In this document: one piece after another, positions 40,301 to 56,574 of the stretch
Position numbering within the stretch: the first letter of the stretch is position 1
Layout: each line of letters starts with the position of its first letter
Assembly: GCA_039096225.1 (NCBI GenBank)
Contig: JBBPEB010000015.1
Coordinates: 1,116,001-1,180,000, forward strand
Source of the DNA: Blastocystis sp. Blastoise
Taxonomy: Eukaryota; Protista; Bigyra: Opalinata
DNA: 64,000 bases
Direction of reading: 5' to 3'
Made by a program: the position numbers and the translations under genes
The notes under the pieces: generated by a model
Told to the model about the DNA's origin: nothing
Databases searched by the model: none
Seen by the model: the letters and a program-made list of their open reading frames with translations, nothing else

Positions 40301-40631
40301 TAGGAACAGGAGAAACATCTCTATATAAAGAATAAACATATATAAATAAACATAAATAATAAACATAAATAAATAAAATAATTTATACAAGAAAACATAA
40401 TAAATAAATAAATAAATAAATAAATATACCTTTTATCATCAGGTTGAGGAGATTTTCTATATAATAATATACATTATAATATATATACAAACAATGTATT
40501 CAAAGTGATAATAAGTAATTAATTAAACAATATATATACTTGAGCATCTTATTGAGAACATCCTTATTTAGGAATGTATTTTGTGTTAAATTCTTCAAAA
40601 AGTTATTTCCTTCTTTATCTTTGTTTTTCTC

Positions 40632-40663
<32 letters not shown>

Positions 40664-42248
40664 CATTATTATTATTATTAGAGGTTCCATTAGAAGGAAT
40701 ATTAATGGAATTGGCATGTGCTAATGCCATAGGATTAGTAGCAGATGTATTTATTATAGAACTAGTATTAGTATTATTATTAGCAGTAGAAGATGGAGTA
40801 AGAGATCCATTCATCGGTGTACTTGCTATAGAATGCGCCATATCGCTGGAAGTCATTATATCTGGAAGAGGGAAAGAAGTTGACGCGGGAACAGTCGAGG
40901 GAGTATGAAGCAAAGAGGGATTTGTGTCTTCTGGGGGCTATATATATGTATATTATATAATAATACTAATAAAAATAAAAATAGAAAAAATAATAATCTA
41001 TAGTATAAATTGAATAAATATATAAATAAAATAATAAAAGATAAATTAATAAAGACAAAAAGAAGAATTATATGATGAAGAAATATTAAAAATATAATGA
41101 TAATAATAATATACAAGAGAATAGATATCGTTTGTACTTTTGACTTCGTTGGTAGGTGTTGATTGCGTTGTTTGTGAGGGAGCAGGAGAGAGAGGTTGAG
41201 GAGAAGAAGTACTTGTAGAAGAAGAACTAGTATTAGAAGGAAGGTTATGTATATGTGATTGTGGAACAGATGATTCAGCATATACTAGAAACAGAAGGTA
41301 TATTGAAGAATAAATGAAAATCATATAGTCGTATTATATAAATATGAATTATAACAAATCCACAGAATAATAAAAAAACAGTTAACAAATAATAAAAAAA
41401 ATTGTCAACAAATAATAAAAAATCATTAACAAATAATAAAAAATCATAAACAAATAATATTCAGTATGTGTAAAAATAATAAGCATAGTATATATATACT
41501 TTTTCCTCCTTCTTCTTGTCCTTCTTTCAACAAACTAAGTGACAACTTTTCCCCGTGATTATTACATATACGTTGAGGATGAGGTTCTGTGAATAATTGA
41601 ACAAAACCTGGTGATTTATGGAGTCCTTTTACTTTCTCTTGAATAAGAGGGACGTTCTTAGCCCGAATAGCAGGTTCTCCAGAGAGTTTATAACTAGAGA
41701 AGAATATATATATATTTATTATAATTATTTAGAAATATATATAATAAGAAAAAAATATGATAAATAAACATATATAGGTAATAATAAATATGTAGCAATA
41801 CTAATAGATATAATAATTAATGATTATTAAATAAGTAATATATTAAGATTCTATTCCTTACCCGAAATTAAGATCAATCCAATGATGAAGTCGACTACAG
41901 ACATAATCACTCTCTAACATAGCACGATGCCACTCAATAAAATCATGGGGAGAGGAACACCATGAAGGCAATTCTAATAATAATAATTATAAGGATATTA
42001 GAAAGAATTAATTATAATTCTAATCAGATATAGCTATGAAACAGTTTAAAAGAATAGGCAAATCAAATAATATGATCAATAATATATAATATATTGTAAA
42101 ATAAAAAATAAACTATAATAATTATATATATAAATATGTACCAATATTGGACATAGTAGAATGTATAGAAGTGAAAGTATCTTCATCAAAATAAAACTCA
42201 GGAATACACTCATCAGGCGTCCATTGATACATTCGAGGCATACTAAGA

Positions 42249-42279
<31 letters not shown>

Positions 42280-44900
42280 ACAGGAACAGTGTATAATAAT
42301 AAAAATATGAATAAAGATAATTATATATATCTATATAATAAATTGAATTAAAAAAAAAAAATGAATACTAAATAAAAAAGTTGAATAAATAAAATATAAA
42401 ACTTAAAAAGACAATTTAATAATATTCGTATACTTTGATGGATATTCTTTAGCTTGGAAATTACTTCTTACAACTGATTTTAATAATGACAAAGGTAGTC
42501 TTCTTCCCATATATATAGCATAGGTTAATTCAGAGAGTGATTCAGAAATATGATGAGGAGGAATAGAATGAGAATAAGTAATATCTAATTGATTATCACC
42601 CTATAAACATTAAATTATTATAAAAGAAAATAAAACAGATTTAAATAGTTATATATTGAAAAGATATCTGATAAAAAAATGAGATAGAATAATAAAACTG
42701 AAAAAAATATGTTGATTATAAAACTATTTTATATATACTTTATTAATACGAAATTTACTTCTACTAAAATCTCTCCATCCTCCTTCATGATCTGTAAAGT
42801 CACAGACCCACGGGAATACAGGGTGGAATGCAGGATCTTCCATTCGACGTCCTATTTATATATATATATATGTTATAAAAAGATAATTTATAGAAATACC
42901 AGCTGCATAGTTAAGCATCATGATATAATCAAAATTACTCATCTTTCCTTCTTTCCATAGTAATATATACGGTTGAATCTTATTTTCTATATTCTGTTCA
43001 TCTTTATCTTCAAGGCTACTAAGAATATCTGCAGGAATTCGTGGATAATAGCCATTAGGAAGAGAAGAAGAGATAAGAGGAAGCATATGAGGGAGAGGTA
43101 TATATAACCATAATGATTCCGTAATATATATATTATGAGGAGTCAAATAACCATGAGGAATACCCTATATATAATAATAATAGTAATAGTATAAGGAAGG
43201 AACAAGAAGTAATTCTATATATATATAATTATAATTATACTTGAGAATGAAGGAAATCGATGCCTCTTAATAATTGGTAGATAAGATAACGTAAGATAGT
43301 ATCACGTGATCCTTGAGAATCGAGCACATGCTTATTATATGTCAATAAAGAAGAGAGAGCTGATTGATAATAAGGAGAAATCTAATAATAATAAGTATAA
43401 TCATAATAAGCATAATCATAATAATCATAATAATAAGTATAATAATAAACATAATAAATATAAAAAAATATAATAAATATAATAAGCATAAAAAACATAA
43501 GTATAATAATAAACATAATAAATATAAAAAATAATAAATATAATAAATATAATAAACATAATAAGCATAATAATAATATTGAACTAGTTAATATATACGA
43601 AATGAATAACGTTAGATGTTTTGTTTCTATAAACTGCTCGTAGAGGCAAAAGATTCATATGCTTCGAAGGGATATAAGAATGAAGAGAACATAAAGACTA
43701 GGATATATATATATATATATATATAATAATTATTAAACTAATTTGAAGAATAATAAATGAAAGAATTAAAATAAAAGAATTAAAATAAAACAAAAAAAAA
43801 ACAGTAATTTTATTTATATATTATAATATAATATAAAATGTATACTTTATATATAGCTTCAGGATTGTGTTCCATGATAGACACATCTTCTGGAGTGACG
43901 AAGATAGACATATCTTTGATATTATTGGATGCAGATTCCATTGTAGGGAACATATATAAACGATTGAGTAATTCTACAAGAGTCTATGATATATATATAA
44001 AAGTAAGAAAAATGATAAATATATTAAAGAAAATATAGAAAGGTTATAATGAAGAATATATATACAGTGGGACTGTTGACTTGATTGGTATTTATGGATT
44101 GTTTACTGTATTCCTTTATATTGAAAATATTAAAAAATATATATAAAATGTATAAATAGTGTTATGAATAAAGATTTTTAAAAATGAATATACAATAAAT
44201 AATATTACAAAAATAAATAATAAAAAAACAATATTTTAATATCATAAAATAATTTTAAATAAAAAAAAAATCTTACTTTTGTTTGAATAATTTGAGAAAT
44301 ATAATCTGATAAATTCACTTGTAAGAAGTCAACTTCTTTTTCAGTTGAATAAGTGTCATTCGATTCTACTTTTTCAATATTAACATCTAAATAAGTATAA
44401 TATAGTATAAACTATTTATTAAAAAAGTAATGAAAAAAACAACTATAGAATAAGCAAACATTGATATATACCATTACTATCCGAAGATGTTTGCTTTTCT
44501 TCTTGATCCTGAAAATATAATTGAATAGTATATATATGAATATATAAATAAAAATATACAGTAGCCTCATCAGTCTTCATTTTAAGAAAGACAGGATCCT
44601 CAAGAGTAATGGTATGAATTAGGGTTTCACCATTAAAAGGATGCATATCTATAAATTTAATTAACATATAAAAATATTTTAGACACATACCATTAACATC
44701 TTTCGGTAATATATCAGTTTCTTCCATCTAAATGGGTCATTAATAGAAAAATAATAATATACAAAACAATGAACATCATATCCTCTTTCAGAGGTGACGC
44801 ATGGAAATGAAAAATCAATATTGAAATCAGATTTAACAAGATCACGGAGTTCTTTGTGAGTAAATCCAATTTTATTCTTTGGTTCTGGTTCGTCTGCCAT
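34949..44900 (-). CDS. WDR81/GFS12-like protein (kinase-like domain, BEACH, second kinase-like segment, WD40)
   Basis: [30 protein letters not shown]; BEACH motifs [68 protein letters not shown]; [20 protein letters not shown]; terminal WD40 exon 34949-36114. About 27 introns including 2 AT-AC. Confidence 0.88.
36338..36416 (-). other. U12-type AT-AC intron (BEACH gene, site 2)
   Basis: Minus-strand donor ATATCCAC, branch TTTCTTAAC, acceptor ATAC. Gives [17 protein letters not shown], in frame with the terminal WD40 exon. Confidence 0.88.
37132..37253 (-). other. U12-type AT-AC intron (BEACH gene, site 1)
   Basis: Minus-strand donor ATATCCTT, variant branch TCCATAAT, acceptor ATAC. Gives [19 protein letters not shown]...EITK, phase-compatible with the next exon PDDIPS. 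Confidence 0.82.
37757..37828. repeat. (TAATA)n pentanucleotide microsatellite in an intron
   Basis: About 14 perfect units; source of the spurious IILYY ORFs. Confidence 0.9.
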
Positions 44901-46308
44901 CTTATATATATCTTAAGAATAAATATATAAAAAATTTATTGTTCCGAAATATATTTATGATGTTTTTATGAATGATGTGTTTTAACAAAAATCTTTTACA
45001 CATAAACAATTTCTTATCTTTACGGGAATATACAATTTTTAGTGAAGGATATCAAAAAAACTCAGGTTTTCATCAATTCATTGATTCATTGTTTTTTCTT
45101 CATGTTCTATCGATATTGAATGATTTTCTCGTATTATATTATGCATTATATTAAAAGATAGCTATTTTCTGTATAATATCTAGAATTTCTTATCGTTGGC
45201 TTTTCATTAATTGATTATTCACGTATATTGTCATAGAATCAGCTAGTTTTACAATAGAAATATCACGAAAAATGATATTAAATGTATTACTGAATTATTT
45301 TCCTGTGATTTGATGTGATGTTTTATCTCCACAATCTGGATTTTCCAAATAAAGAGTAGAAACGTTGTCATCAAACCATTATTATTAGTAGAAAATTGAG
45401 CGACTCTATATTAAGACTACTTTATAAAACCTTTGTTCCTTAAATAATGACAAAAATGTGTGAAATGATCTATTCCAAGCTCAAATAGATTGGTAACTGT
45501 ATATTCAACAAATTTATTAGATAAAACTCTTTATAATAGCATGCTTATAATACTTTTCAACAAATGGGATGAATTTCTGGAAATAATTGTATCATCTAAA
45601 GTGCTACCATGAATAAAAAGTGATTATTGATTGATCCCTTATTCTAATAACTAATAGAAAATCGTCTTTGTGAAATGACTAGTTTTTATTATACTATAAT
45701 TACCAAAGAAAAGACATATAACTAATGCTGAGTTTTTTATAATTATATAAATATAATTATTCTTAAAAATGTGACTATACTAGAATTATTAAGGATGTGA
45801 ATTCATTTCTTTTTAATAACTCTCTATATCATAAGAATCATCAAATACTAATTATCAAATAATGATAAAAAAATCAACAATATTAAATTGAAGCTTATAA
45901 AGTAAATATTCTATAGAATAAATATAAAAAAAGAAATTGAGTCTCAGGTTTATCTCCAAAAAGATGTATCACTATTTCTATTGGATGAACAAGAAAACAA
46001 GATCAGTGTTAATTGGTGAACTGAATCTGCCGATCTTTTCTAATCAATGATTGGAAGAAATGATTTATGTTTCAATTCCTAGAAAACCCAAAGGTTCACT
46101 TCATTCTGGGTTAAATGATCAAATCCCCGTGATTCTTATAGACACGAATACATGCTGTCAATCAATAACACCATTCCACTTTTTTTCTAAGTGGATGAAT
46201 TTCATGCAATTCCAGTCCACCACTTTCGATTTCATATTTTTTTTAATTATCTATTTTGGTAATTACTTTTTATAATACGAGATTATATGTATTGATATTA
46301 TTGTGTAA

Positions 46309-49282
<2,974 letters not shown>

Positions 49283-49653
49283 TATATATACAATATATAT
49301 ATGTTTTTTTTTTGCTTATCATTTGTTCTTTTTTTTATATATTTTCATTTATTTATTATTTTAAAATATTGTTTCTGTATTCATTCGTGTTTATACTCTA
49401 GTTGTTTGTATTGGTTACTATAAATATCCCATGTAGTTTCTTATATTTAATAAATGCTTAATTGAAAAATAAATGAAAATGAAACAAAGAATTTTTAAAT
49501 ACAAATAATAACAACAAATATACATAAAAACTTTATAAAGTATAGAATAAAAAAAAAGAAACTACATATAGAAACCGTAAGACAAACATAAAAGAATATT
49601 CAAATATGTATAAATAAAAAGTACTAGTTTCGAATGATGAAGAATTACAGTAT

Positions 49654-50098
49654 TTATTCTTCTTTTCGTTCCTTAGCTTTTTGTTCTAATTTCTTAGCCT
49701 TCTTTTGTTGAGTCTTCTTTCCATATTCCATCTTATTATATAACTTCTTAATTCTCTTAGGCATCATAATCTTAGACATATGAGATTTTTCACGTTGATC
49801 TTCTTCTAATTGTTCGACCTTTCTCTTTTGAGCTGTAGCCTTCTTTTCTTCTTCTTCTTCTTTGTCTTCTTCCTTCTTACCCGTACGTTCCATTTCTAAT
49901 TCACGAGTAAAAGCTTCTTCACGATCTTCAATTTCATCCAATGTCTCTTCAGTAACCTATATATATATATAAATAAAAAAATGTATTTAATTAAATGAAT
50001 AAAAAAAAAAAAAAAATACAGGATTAGCTAATTCAGGATTCTTAAGAGCTAATAATTCCTTAGCATATTCAGGCATGTATCTATAAAATATTTTATGT

Positions 50099-50173
<75 letters not shown>

Positions 50174-52333
50174 TAATAATAACATATATACCCTTCTTCT
50201 TCAGGATCGACAAAAGGTGAGAGATGAGGAGGAAGTTTAGTACCAGGGAGATAACGGGTAGAAGGAAGAAGCATTTCATTATTAATACTATCATATACCC
50301 ATTGAGGTTGGAGATATTCACGATTATCAATCTTATTGATAATATTAGGTCTATAATTATAATAAAATTTATAGTGTTATTATTTTGTTATAATAATGAA
50401 ATAAAGCTAAAAAAAAAAAAAATAATAATAATAATAAAATAATAATAATAATTCTATACCTATCCATAATAACATGGGTAATACGGGAATCTGAATAACT
50501 ATAAGGAGATCCTTCTCCTTGCCAGCCAACTTCACCACCGAAACAACGTACAATAAACTCGACGGATTCCCGTGGAACTTCACGGCAAATGAAAAAGACT
50601 AAACCACCAAATAAGTTGGTAAAACGTTTAATTTCTTTTTCTTTCTTAATAAGAGCTTTAGCTTCTTCATTATCAGCAAAAGTAGTATCAACAGTGAAAT
50701 CGTCTTCAGTTGTAGCAGGAGCAGTAGTAGGAGCAGTAGGTTCAGTTAAATACTATATATATAGATAAGAATATAATTAAATATATAAAAATATAAAAAA
50801 TATAAAAAATATAAAAATATGTATATATACTTTCATAGATTCTTCAATCTTAGCAATTCTTTCAGCACTTTCCTTTTCAAGTTGTTCTTTTGTTTTACCT
50901 TCATCTTCACCTTCACTATCTTTTTCTTCTTCATTATCACTAGTATTTTCTTCTTTATCTTTATTAGTAGTGGCAACAGGAGTATCAGTAAGAACAGCAG
51001 CTTCTTCAACAACAGTTCCTTCACCTAAAAGAAGAAAAAGAATAAATAAATAAAAATAGATATATAATACATACATATATTATCAAATATTAATATATAA
51101 TAATAATAAACATAATGATAATAATATACTCTTCGTAATAGTTTCAACTTTAAGAGTATTCAAATAACCTCCTTCTTCTTCTTTCTTTATATTAATCTCA
51201 GGGGGATATACTAAACCTGCATCATTATATAACTTGAATAAAACAAAACGAAGTAATACCTATATATATAATATTAAATCAAATAAAAATAAATAATAAA
51301 TAAATAATAAATAAATAATAAATAAATAAAAATAAATAATAAATAAATAATAAATAAATAATAAATTAATAATAAATAAAATAATAAACAAATAATAAAT
51401 AAAATAAATAATAAATAAATAATAAATTAATAATAAATAAAATAATAAACAAATAATAAATAAAATAAAATAAATACTTCATAGAATTCTAAGAAAGTAA
51501 GCATAACTTTATAATCGACATCATTAGGAAGATCTTGAGAGAATTGATGAGGAACTAACCAAGTAATCTTTTCACCCATATATTCTGCTTGATAATAAAT
51601 ACCTTTAATAGATATAAATACTTTACGAAGACATTTAGTTTTCGTAACCCATAATTGCCATTCCTTAGAGAGACGTAAACTATTATAAGTAACATTAGTA
51701 CGAATCTTTCCTTGAGCAGGTAAACGAGCAAATAAATGAACCATAGATAACGGATCATCTAAATCACGAATAGCATCCTATATATATTATAATAATAATA
51801 AATAAAATAATAATAAATAAATAATAAACATAATAAAATAATAAATATAAATATTAAAAAAAAAAAAAATCTAAATATACAATAAAAGTGGGATATCTTT
51901 CTTTAATAATATGATCAAGACTCATTTCAGGAAGATTATCATATCTTCTTCTAGCTTCAGAAATTTCACCTCTACCATAAGAATTACGAATCTTCTTCAT
52001 AAATGTCTTGAATTGTCTAAATTGATTAAGAAGAGGTTCATTAGCAAGGAAAGAAATATCTTTAACATGATAATAAGTACTCTTATTACTCTTCAGCTTC
52101 TTCTTAGGATCACGAGGATAAATACCTTTAATAATACATAAACGTCTGAAATCCTTAAGAGTAATTTGAAGACGTCTAATAGCTTGAGTACGGGTAATAT
52201 AAGCAGCAGCGGTACCAGAATGGCCTTGCTTTTGTTTTTTACCCATTCTAGCAAGCTTTCGCTTACTACTCAGATTGATAGCTCTTGTTTTGAAAGATTT
52301 TGGCTTAGCCTTTCCTGCAACACGTTTACCCAT
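49654..52333 (-). CDS. PES1: Pescadillo homolog (Nop7/PES1), 60S biogenesis factor with BRCT domain
   Basis: [123 protein letters not shown]. Confidence 0.96.
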
Positions 52334-52619
52334 TTGTATCAAAAAGATAATTTAATATTAAACCTAAGAAAACCATATGTTTTTCTATGGTTTATCCTTC
52401 TTTGATGGAAAATTCTAATTTCTCTCCTGGTTTTGTAAAATAAATACGATTATCTATTCTTTGGCTTTTTTATTGTTATTTGACTGATTTCATCTGAATA
52501 TCGTTGAAAGCTAAATATGAATTATTTTTTTTTCAGATTATTGATAAAAATATCTGAAATGAATGGTTTTTTTTAATGATAAAAAGTTTTGTGTATTACT
52601 TATCTGAGTAAAACTATCT

Positions 52620-53633
52620 ATGGTTGACGTTGGATATCAAGAGCTCTTTTATAAAACCGTTGAGAATCCTGCAGAACTCTTTGACCAATTGGTTTCGTCG
52701 TTACTATTATATAATTTCAGGGAAGAAGAAAAATGGGACTGCCATTTTTATACATATAAACGACAAATGCCTGAGAAGAATACTATTACTGTTCTTGATA
52801 CATCAAATATTGTTAATGAAAAAGCCAAGCAAGTATTTTTGCAGTTCTTATTTTTATAATTTACCATCTTTGTCTTTCATTTATTTTATTAAACAAATCG
52901 TCATTATTAAATATTAAAAAAAAATAGTATCTTTATCTATATAACGATATGAAAAGCAAGAAAGAAACCTATGTCTCTATTGACGGTTGCGTGAATATGG
53001 TCGATTCAAATTTTCAAGATGTCATGGATAATTACATCAAATTCTACACACTTTTTCAACATTATCAAATAACTGTAAGTGATATTTTTTTGTATAAAAT
53101 CTATTTTTTTGTATGTGTGAGTTATTTGTTTTTTTTTTTAAATATTAGTATTATATACTATCTTACACTTAGGGAATAATTTTATATAATGAAGATATAA
53201 GAGTTCGAATAGGAAGAGTTGATTTGAAAACAACAGCAAAAATGTCGAACACTATTCTTGTTAATGTATCTATTATTAAGCTATTCTTAATGATATTTAA
53301 ATAAATAAATAAATAAATATATATATAAATGAATTATTCATTTAATTTATTAAAAATCATATAAAGATTTTCTTATCGAAAGTTATTAATACTATATATA
53401 TATAGATTGAGTATTGTCCATCAGGTTCTCGAACTTCAGCACCCATTGTCAAACAGATTCAACAATTTTTTTTCAGAGATTTTGAAAAAGTTCATGAAGA
53501 AGCATATATCCCAAAGGAAAGACAAGCTATGAACGAGAAACAACTCAGTTTAACTCGATTTACTGTGGTTCAAGTTTGTTTTTTGTATATTATCTTATTT
53601 ACAGATATATCAGGAAAGACTATTATATCATAA
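52620..53633 (+). CDS. Probable Mediator subunit 20 (4 exons)
   Basis: Spliced product contains QIT-GIILYNEDIRVRIGRVDLK...TILVN-IEYCPSG and ends SLTRFTVVQ, resembling the MED20 pattern G..Y..DF.VR.G.V....GI.VE.EY.P ... T.VQY. About 230 aa; divergent from PES1 across 286 bp. Confidence 0.6.
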
Positions 53634-53958
53634 TTGTTCTTTTTATGTGTTCTATATTTGTTTTGTTGTTTTTCATTACTGATTATTACTGACATGGTTG
53701 AAAATATTATCTTTAAATACTTCCTAGTGTTAAGAGTATAATGTATATTTTGAATTCAAAATTTATATATGAAAAACAAAAAAAATTGAATCAATAGATG
53801 AAAACGAAGTTATATAAAAACACAATTGCCTTCTTTTGGAAACATCTATTGGAAAAAAGGATATAAAGCGAATGAGAAAAGTCTAGAATAAAACTAAGAA
53901 AAAAAGACAGCCAAAATGAGTTGTTTTTCATGGGACAAGACGTAGAATACAGGCGAAA

Positions 53959-54001
53959 AATCTAGACCTTTCTAGAAGATACTTCCCTTAATTTCTCGAA
54001 T
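53959..54001 (+). promoter_or_regulatory. Heat-shock-element-like array upstream of the BAG-HSP20 gene
   Basis: Alternating pentamers aATCt-aGACc-tTTCt-aGAAg (53959-53978) and tTTCt-cGAAt (53992-54001), about 90-130 bp before ATG 54087. Confidence 0.55.
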
Positions 54002-54086
54002 AACATAAGAGGTTTGGCTTCTTTTGTTAAAAAAATACAACTAGATATTTATTATATTTTTATACTTTGAGTAAAATATAAATAAC

Positions 54087-56574
54087 ATGGAAATTGAAAC
54101 TGTTCAAAAACCTGATGTTGATATTGATATGAAGAATAATTCTCAAGAAGAAACTTTTTATGATGTTAGTGAGACTCAAAACGATACTGCTCCTCAAGAA
54201 ACAGAAGAAGAGCAACGTAAGAATCCTGAAGTTATTCAATCATTAAAACAAATTGCTGCAATTGCTTATGAAATTGATAAGTTAGAATATAACTTTGATC
54301 GTCTTTGCAATAGAGTATGTATAATTTTTGATGAATATTAGATTTTTGTTATATAAATATATTTATTTTTTTTTAATAAAAGAATTGTTTTTAAAAAATA
54401 TATTAATTTTGTGCAATAACATAATATGATATTAATTTCTTATTTTTATATAGTATACAAATAACTGGGCTTTTATATATTATTTGATTTGGAAAAGTCG
54501 TTCTTTAAAGAAAGAGTTTTTATCCTCTGTGAAATTAATGATAAGTAGTTATAATTATGATTGTGGTATGGTTGGAGAAAATGCAACTCATCAATTATTA
54601 AAGTTAGATGGTGTTGAATCAAATGGTCATCAACTTATTAAAACTGAAAGAAAATCTCTTGTTCATCGAATCGACTTTTTAATTAAATGTAGTTCAATGC
54701 TTCATGTATATAATATTTTTTATATATATTACTTATATTATTTTGTGTTTTTTTTTATATTATTTTATATTATTTATATTATTTATTTATTTATTATATT
54801 ATTTATTTATTTATTATATTATTTATTTATTATTTATATTATTTATTATTTATATTATTTATTTATTATTTATATTATTTATTTATTTATTATATTATTT
54901 ATTTATTATTTATATTATTTATTTATTATTTATATTATTTATTTATTATTTATATTATTTATTTATTATTTATAGTCAAAGACTTCAGAAATGAAATCAT
55001 ATGTATTAAAGATGATCGATACTTTAAATAATCTTTATGCTCCCCATATAATGGAATCTACTAGTAATTCTCTTCCTGAAATGAATCCTATATATAATCC
55101 TCTTAAACGAACGGATTCTATTCATACTCCTCGTTCTATTCCTATTCCTATGCCAATGAGTTCTTCAGAATCATCTCCTATGACTCCTATGACTCCTATG
55201 ATGGGATCGTATGGATATCCTGATGTGAATGTTAATATGAATAAACAAAAGAAAAATAAGAAGAATCGAAAGGGTAAGGGTCGTAAGATTGTGGTTACAG
55301 GACCTGAAGATAAAAAGAAACAAGAAAATAAACAACAACAAAAAGAAGAAAAAGAAAAATCTGTTTCTAAACCAGAATCTCCTAAACAATCTTCTCGTAA
55401 AGATTCTAAATCAATACCTGAAGCTACTATTGAAGAACCTACTCATGATACTGATATTGATATGAATATAAATAATAAAGAAAACCCTATAGTAGAAGCT
55501 CAACCTGAATTAAAACAATCTAAGGAAAATAAAATGGAAATTGAGGAAGAGAATGATAATAAGAAACAAGAAGAAGAAAAAGAATCTAAACATATGGAGA
55601 AAACTTCAAATACTGTTCAAGGAAATCCTATGTCTAATGAATTACCTAAATCTCATTATACTCCTTTTATACCTACTACAAATACAAATTCATCTAAACC
55701 TGCTAAACAAGAAAAGAATCAATATACAAATGATACGAATACAGATGAAGAGGATAATAATTCTATTAATGATGAAGGATTTGAACAAGATCCTAATGCT
55801 TATAAACCTCAATATAAATGGATACGTAAAGCTGATGTATGTAAATATAATTATTATATTTTTATTATTATATGTTTTTTTTTAAATTTTTTTATTATAT
55901 TTATTCTTAATTATATAAAGAATTGATTAATTATCTATAATAATTTAATAATACTTATATATTTTTAGAATGCCTATTTATTAGTGAATGTTCCAAATGC
56001 TGAACCTGATTCTCTTCAAATTGAAAAAGTAAAGAATGCTATTCATATTTCTGGTAAACGATATGTTGTTGATGATCAAGATACTATCTATCGAAGATTC
56101 TTTGGTAGTTATACTCCTCAATATATATCAAAATCTTTTGATACTAAGATTCCTATTGAAAAGACTATTGAATTATCAAAACCTCGTGATGCTTCTTATA
56201 AAGAAGGAGTTATTACTATTCTATTTAAGATCTTAGATATTAAACAAAAACCTACACCTAAACCTACTCCTCGTCCTCAATATGGTTATTATAATCCTTA
56301 TAATTATGGATATATGAATCCTTATACACAAGAAGAAGAAGATGATGATAATGATGATGATAATAATACTCAACAATCCACTCCTTATTATAATCGTTCT
56401 AGACCTAATTATCCTTCTCCTTATGGATATGATGATGAAGATGATGATGATGATTCTAGTAATTATAACCCATATATGAGATCTTATGATCCTTATGGAT
56501 ATAGTGCTCCTCGAAGAACTTATCGTAATCCTAATAATTATGGTATGCCTTCTTTATTTGGAAATTATTTCTAA
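54087..56574 (+). CDS. BAG-domain plus alpha-crystallin (HSP20-like) domain co-chaperone, 4 exons
   Basis: BAG: SLKQIAAIAYEIDKLE...GENATHQLLKLDGVESNGHQLIKTERKSLVHRIDFL. ACD-like: PQYKWIRKAD-NAYLLVNVPNAEPDSLQIEKVKNAIHISGKR...SFDTKIPI...DASYKEGVITILFKI. Y/N/P/G-rich tail. Confidence 0.75.
54775..54972. repeat. AT-only degenerate tandem repeat in the BAG gene intron
   Basis: Recurrent ATTTATTATTTATATT(ATTT) units of 16-20 bp. Confidence 0.8.

Noticed and set aside
53266-53406. GTATCTAT donor in the MED20-like gene as a GT-AG U12 intron
   Set aside because: The donor departs from GTATCCT and there is no branch box at the expected distance from the acceptor.
53574-53690. Possible polyadenylation-generated stop codon (Blastocystis-type TGTTTGTT signal) at the MED20-like 3' end
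   Set aside because: It needs a doubtful 31-nt intron and an imperfect motif. The unspliced frame has a genomic TAA at 53631-53633, and every other complete gene here has an encoded stop.
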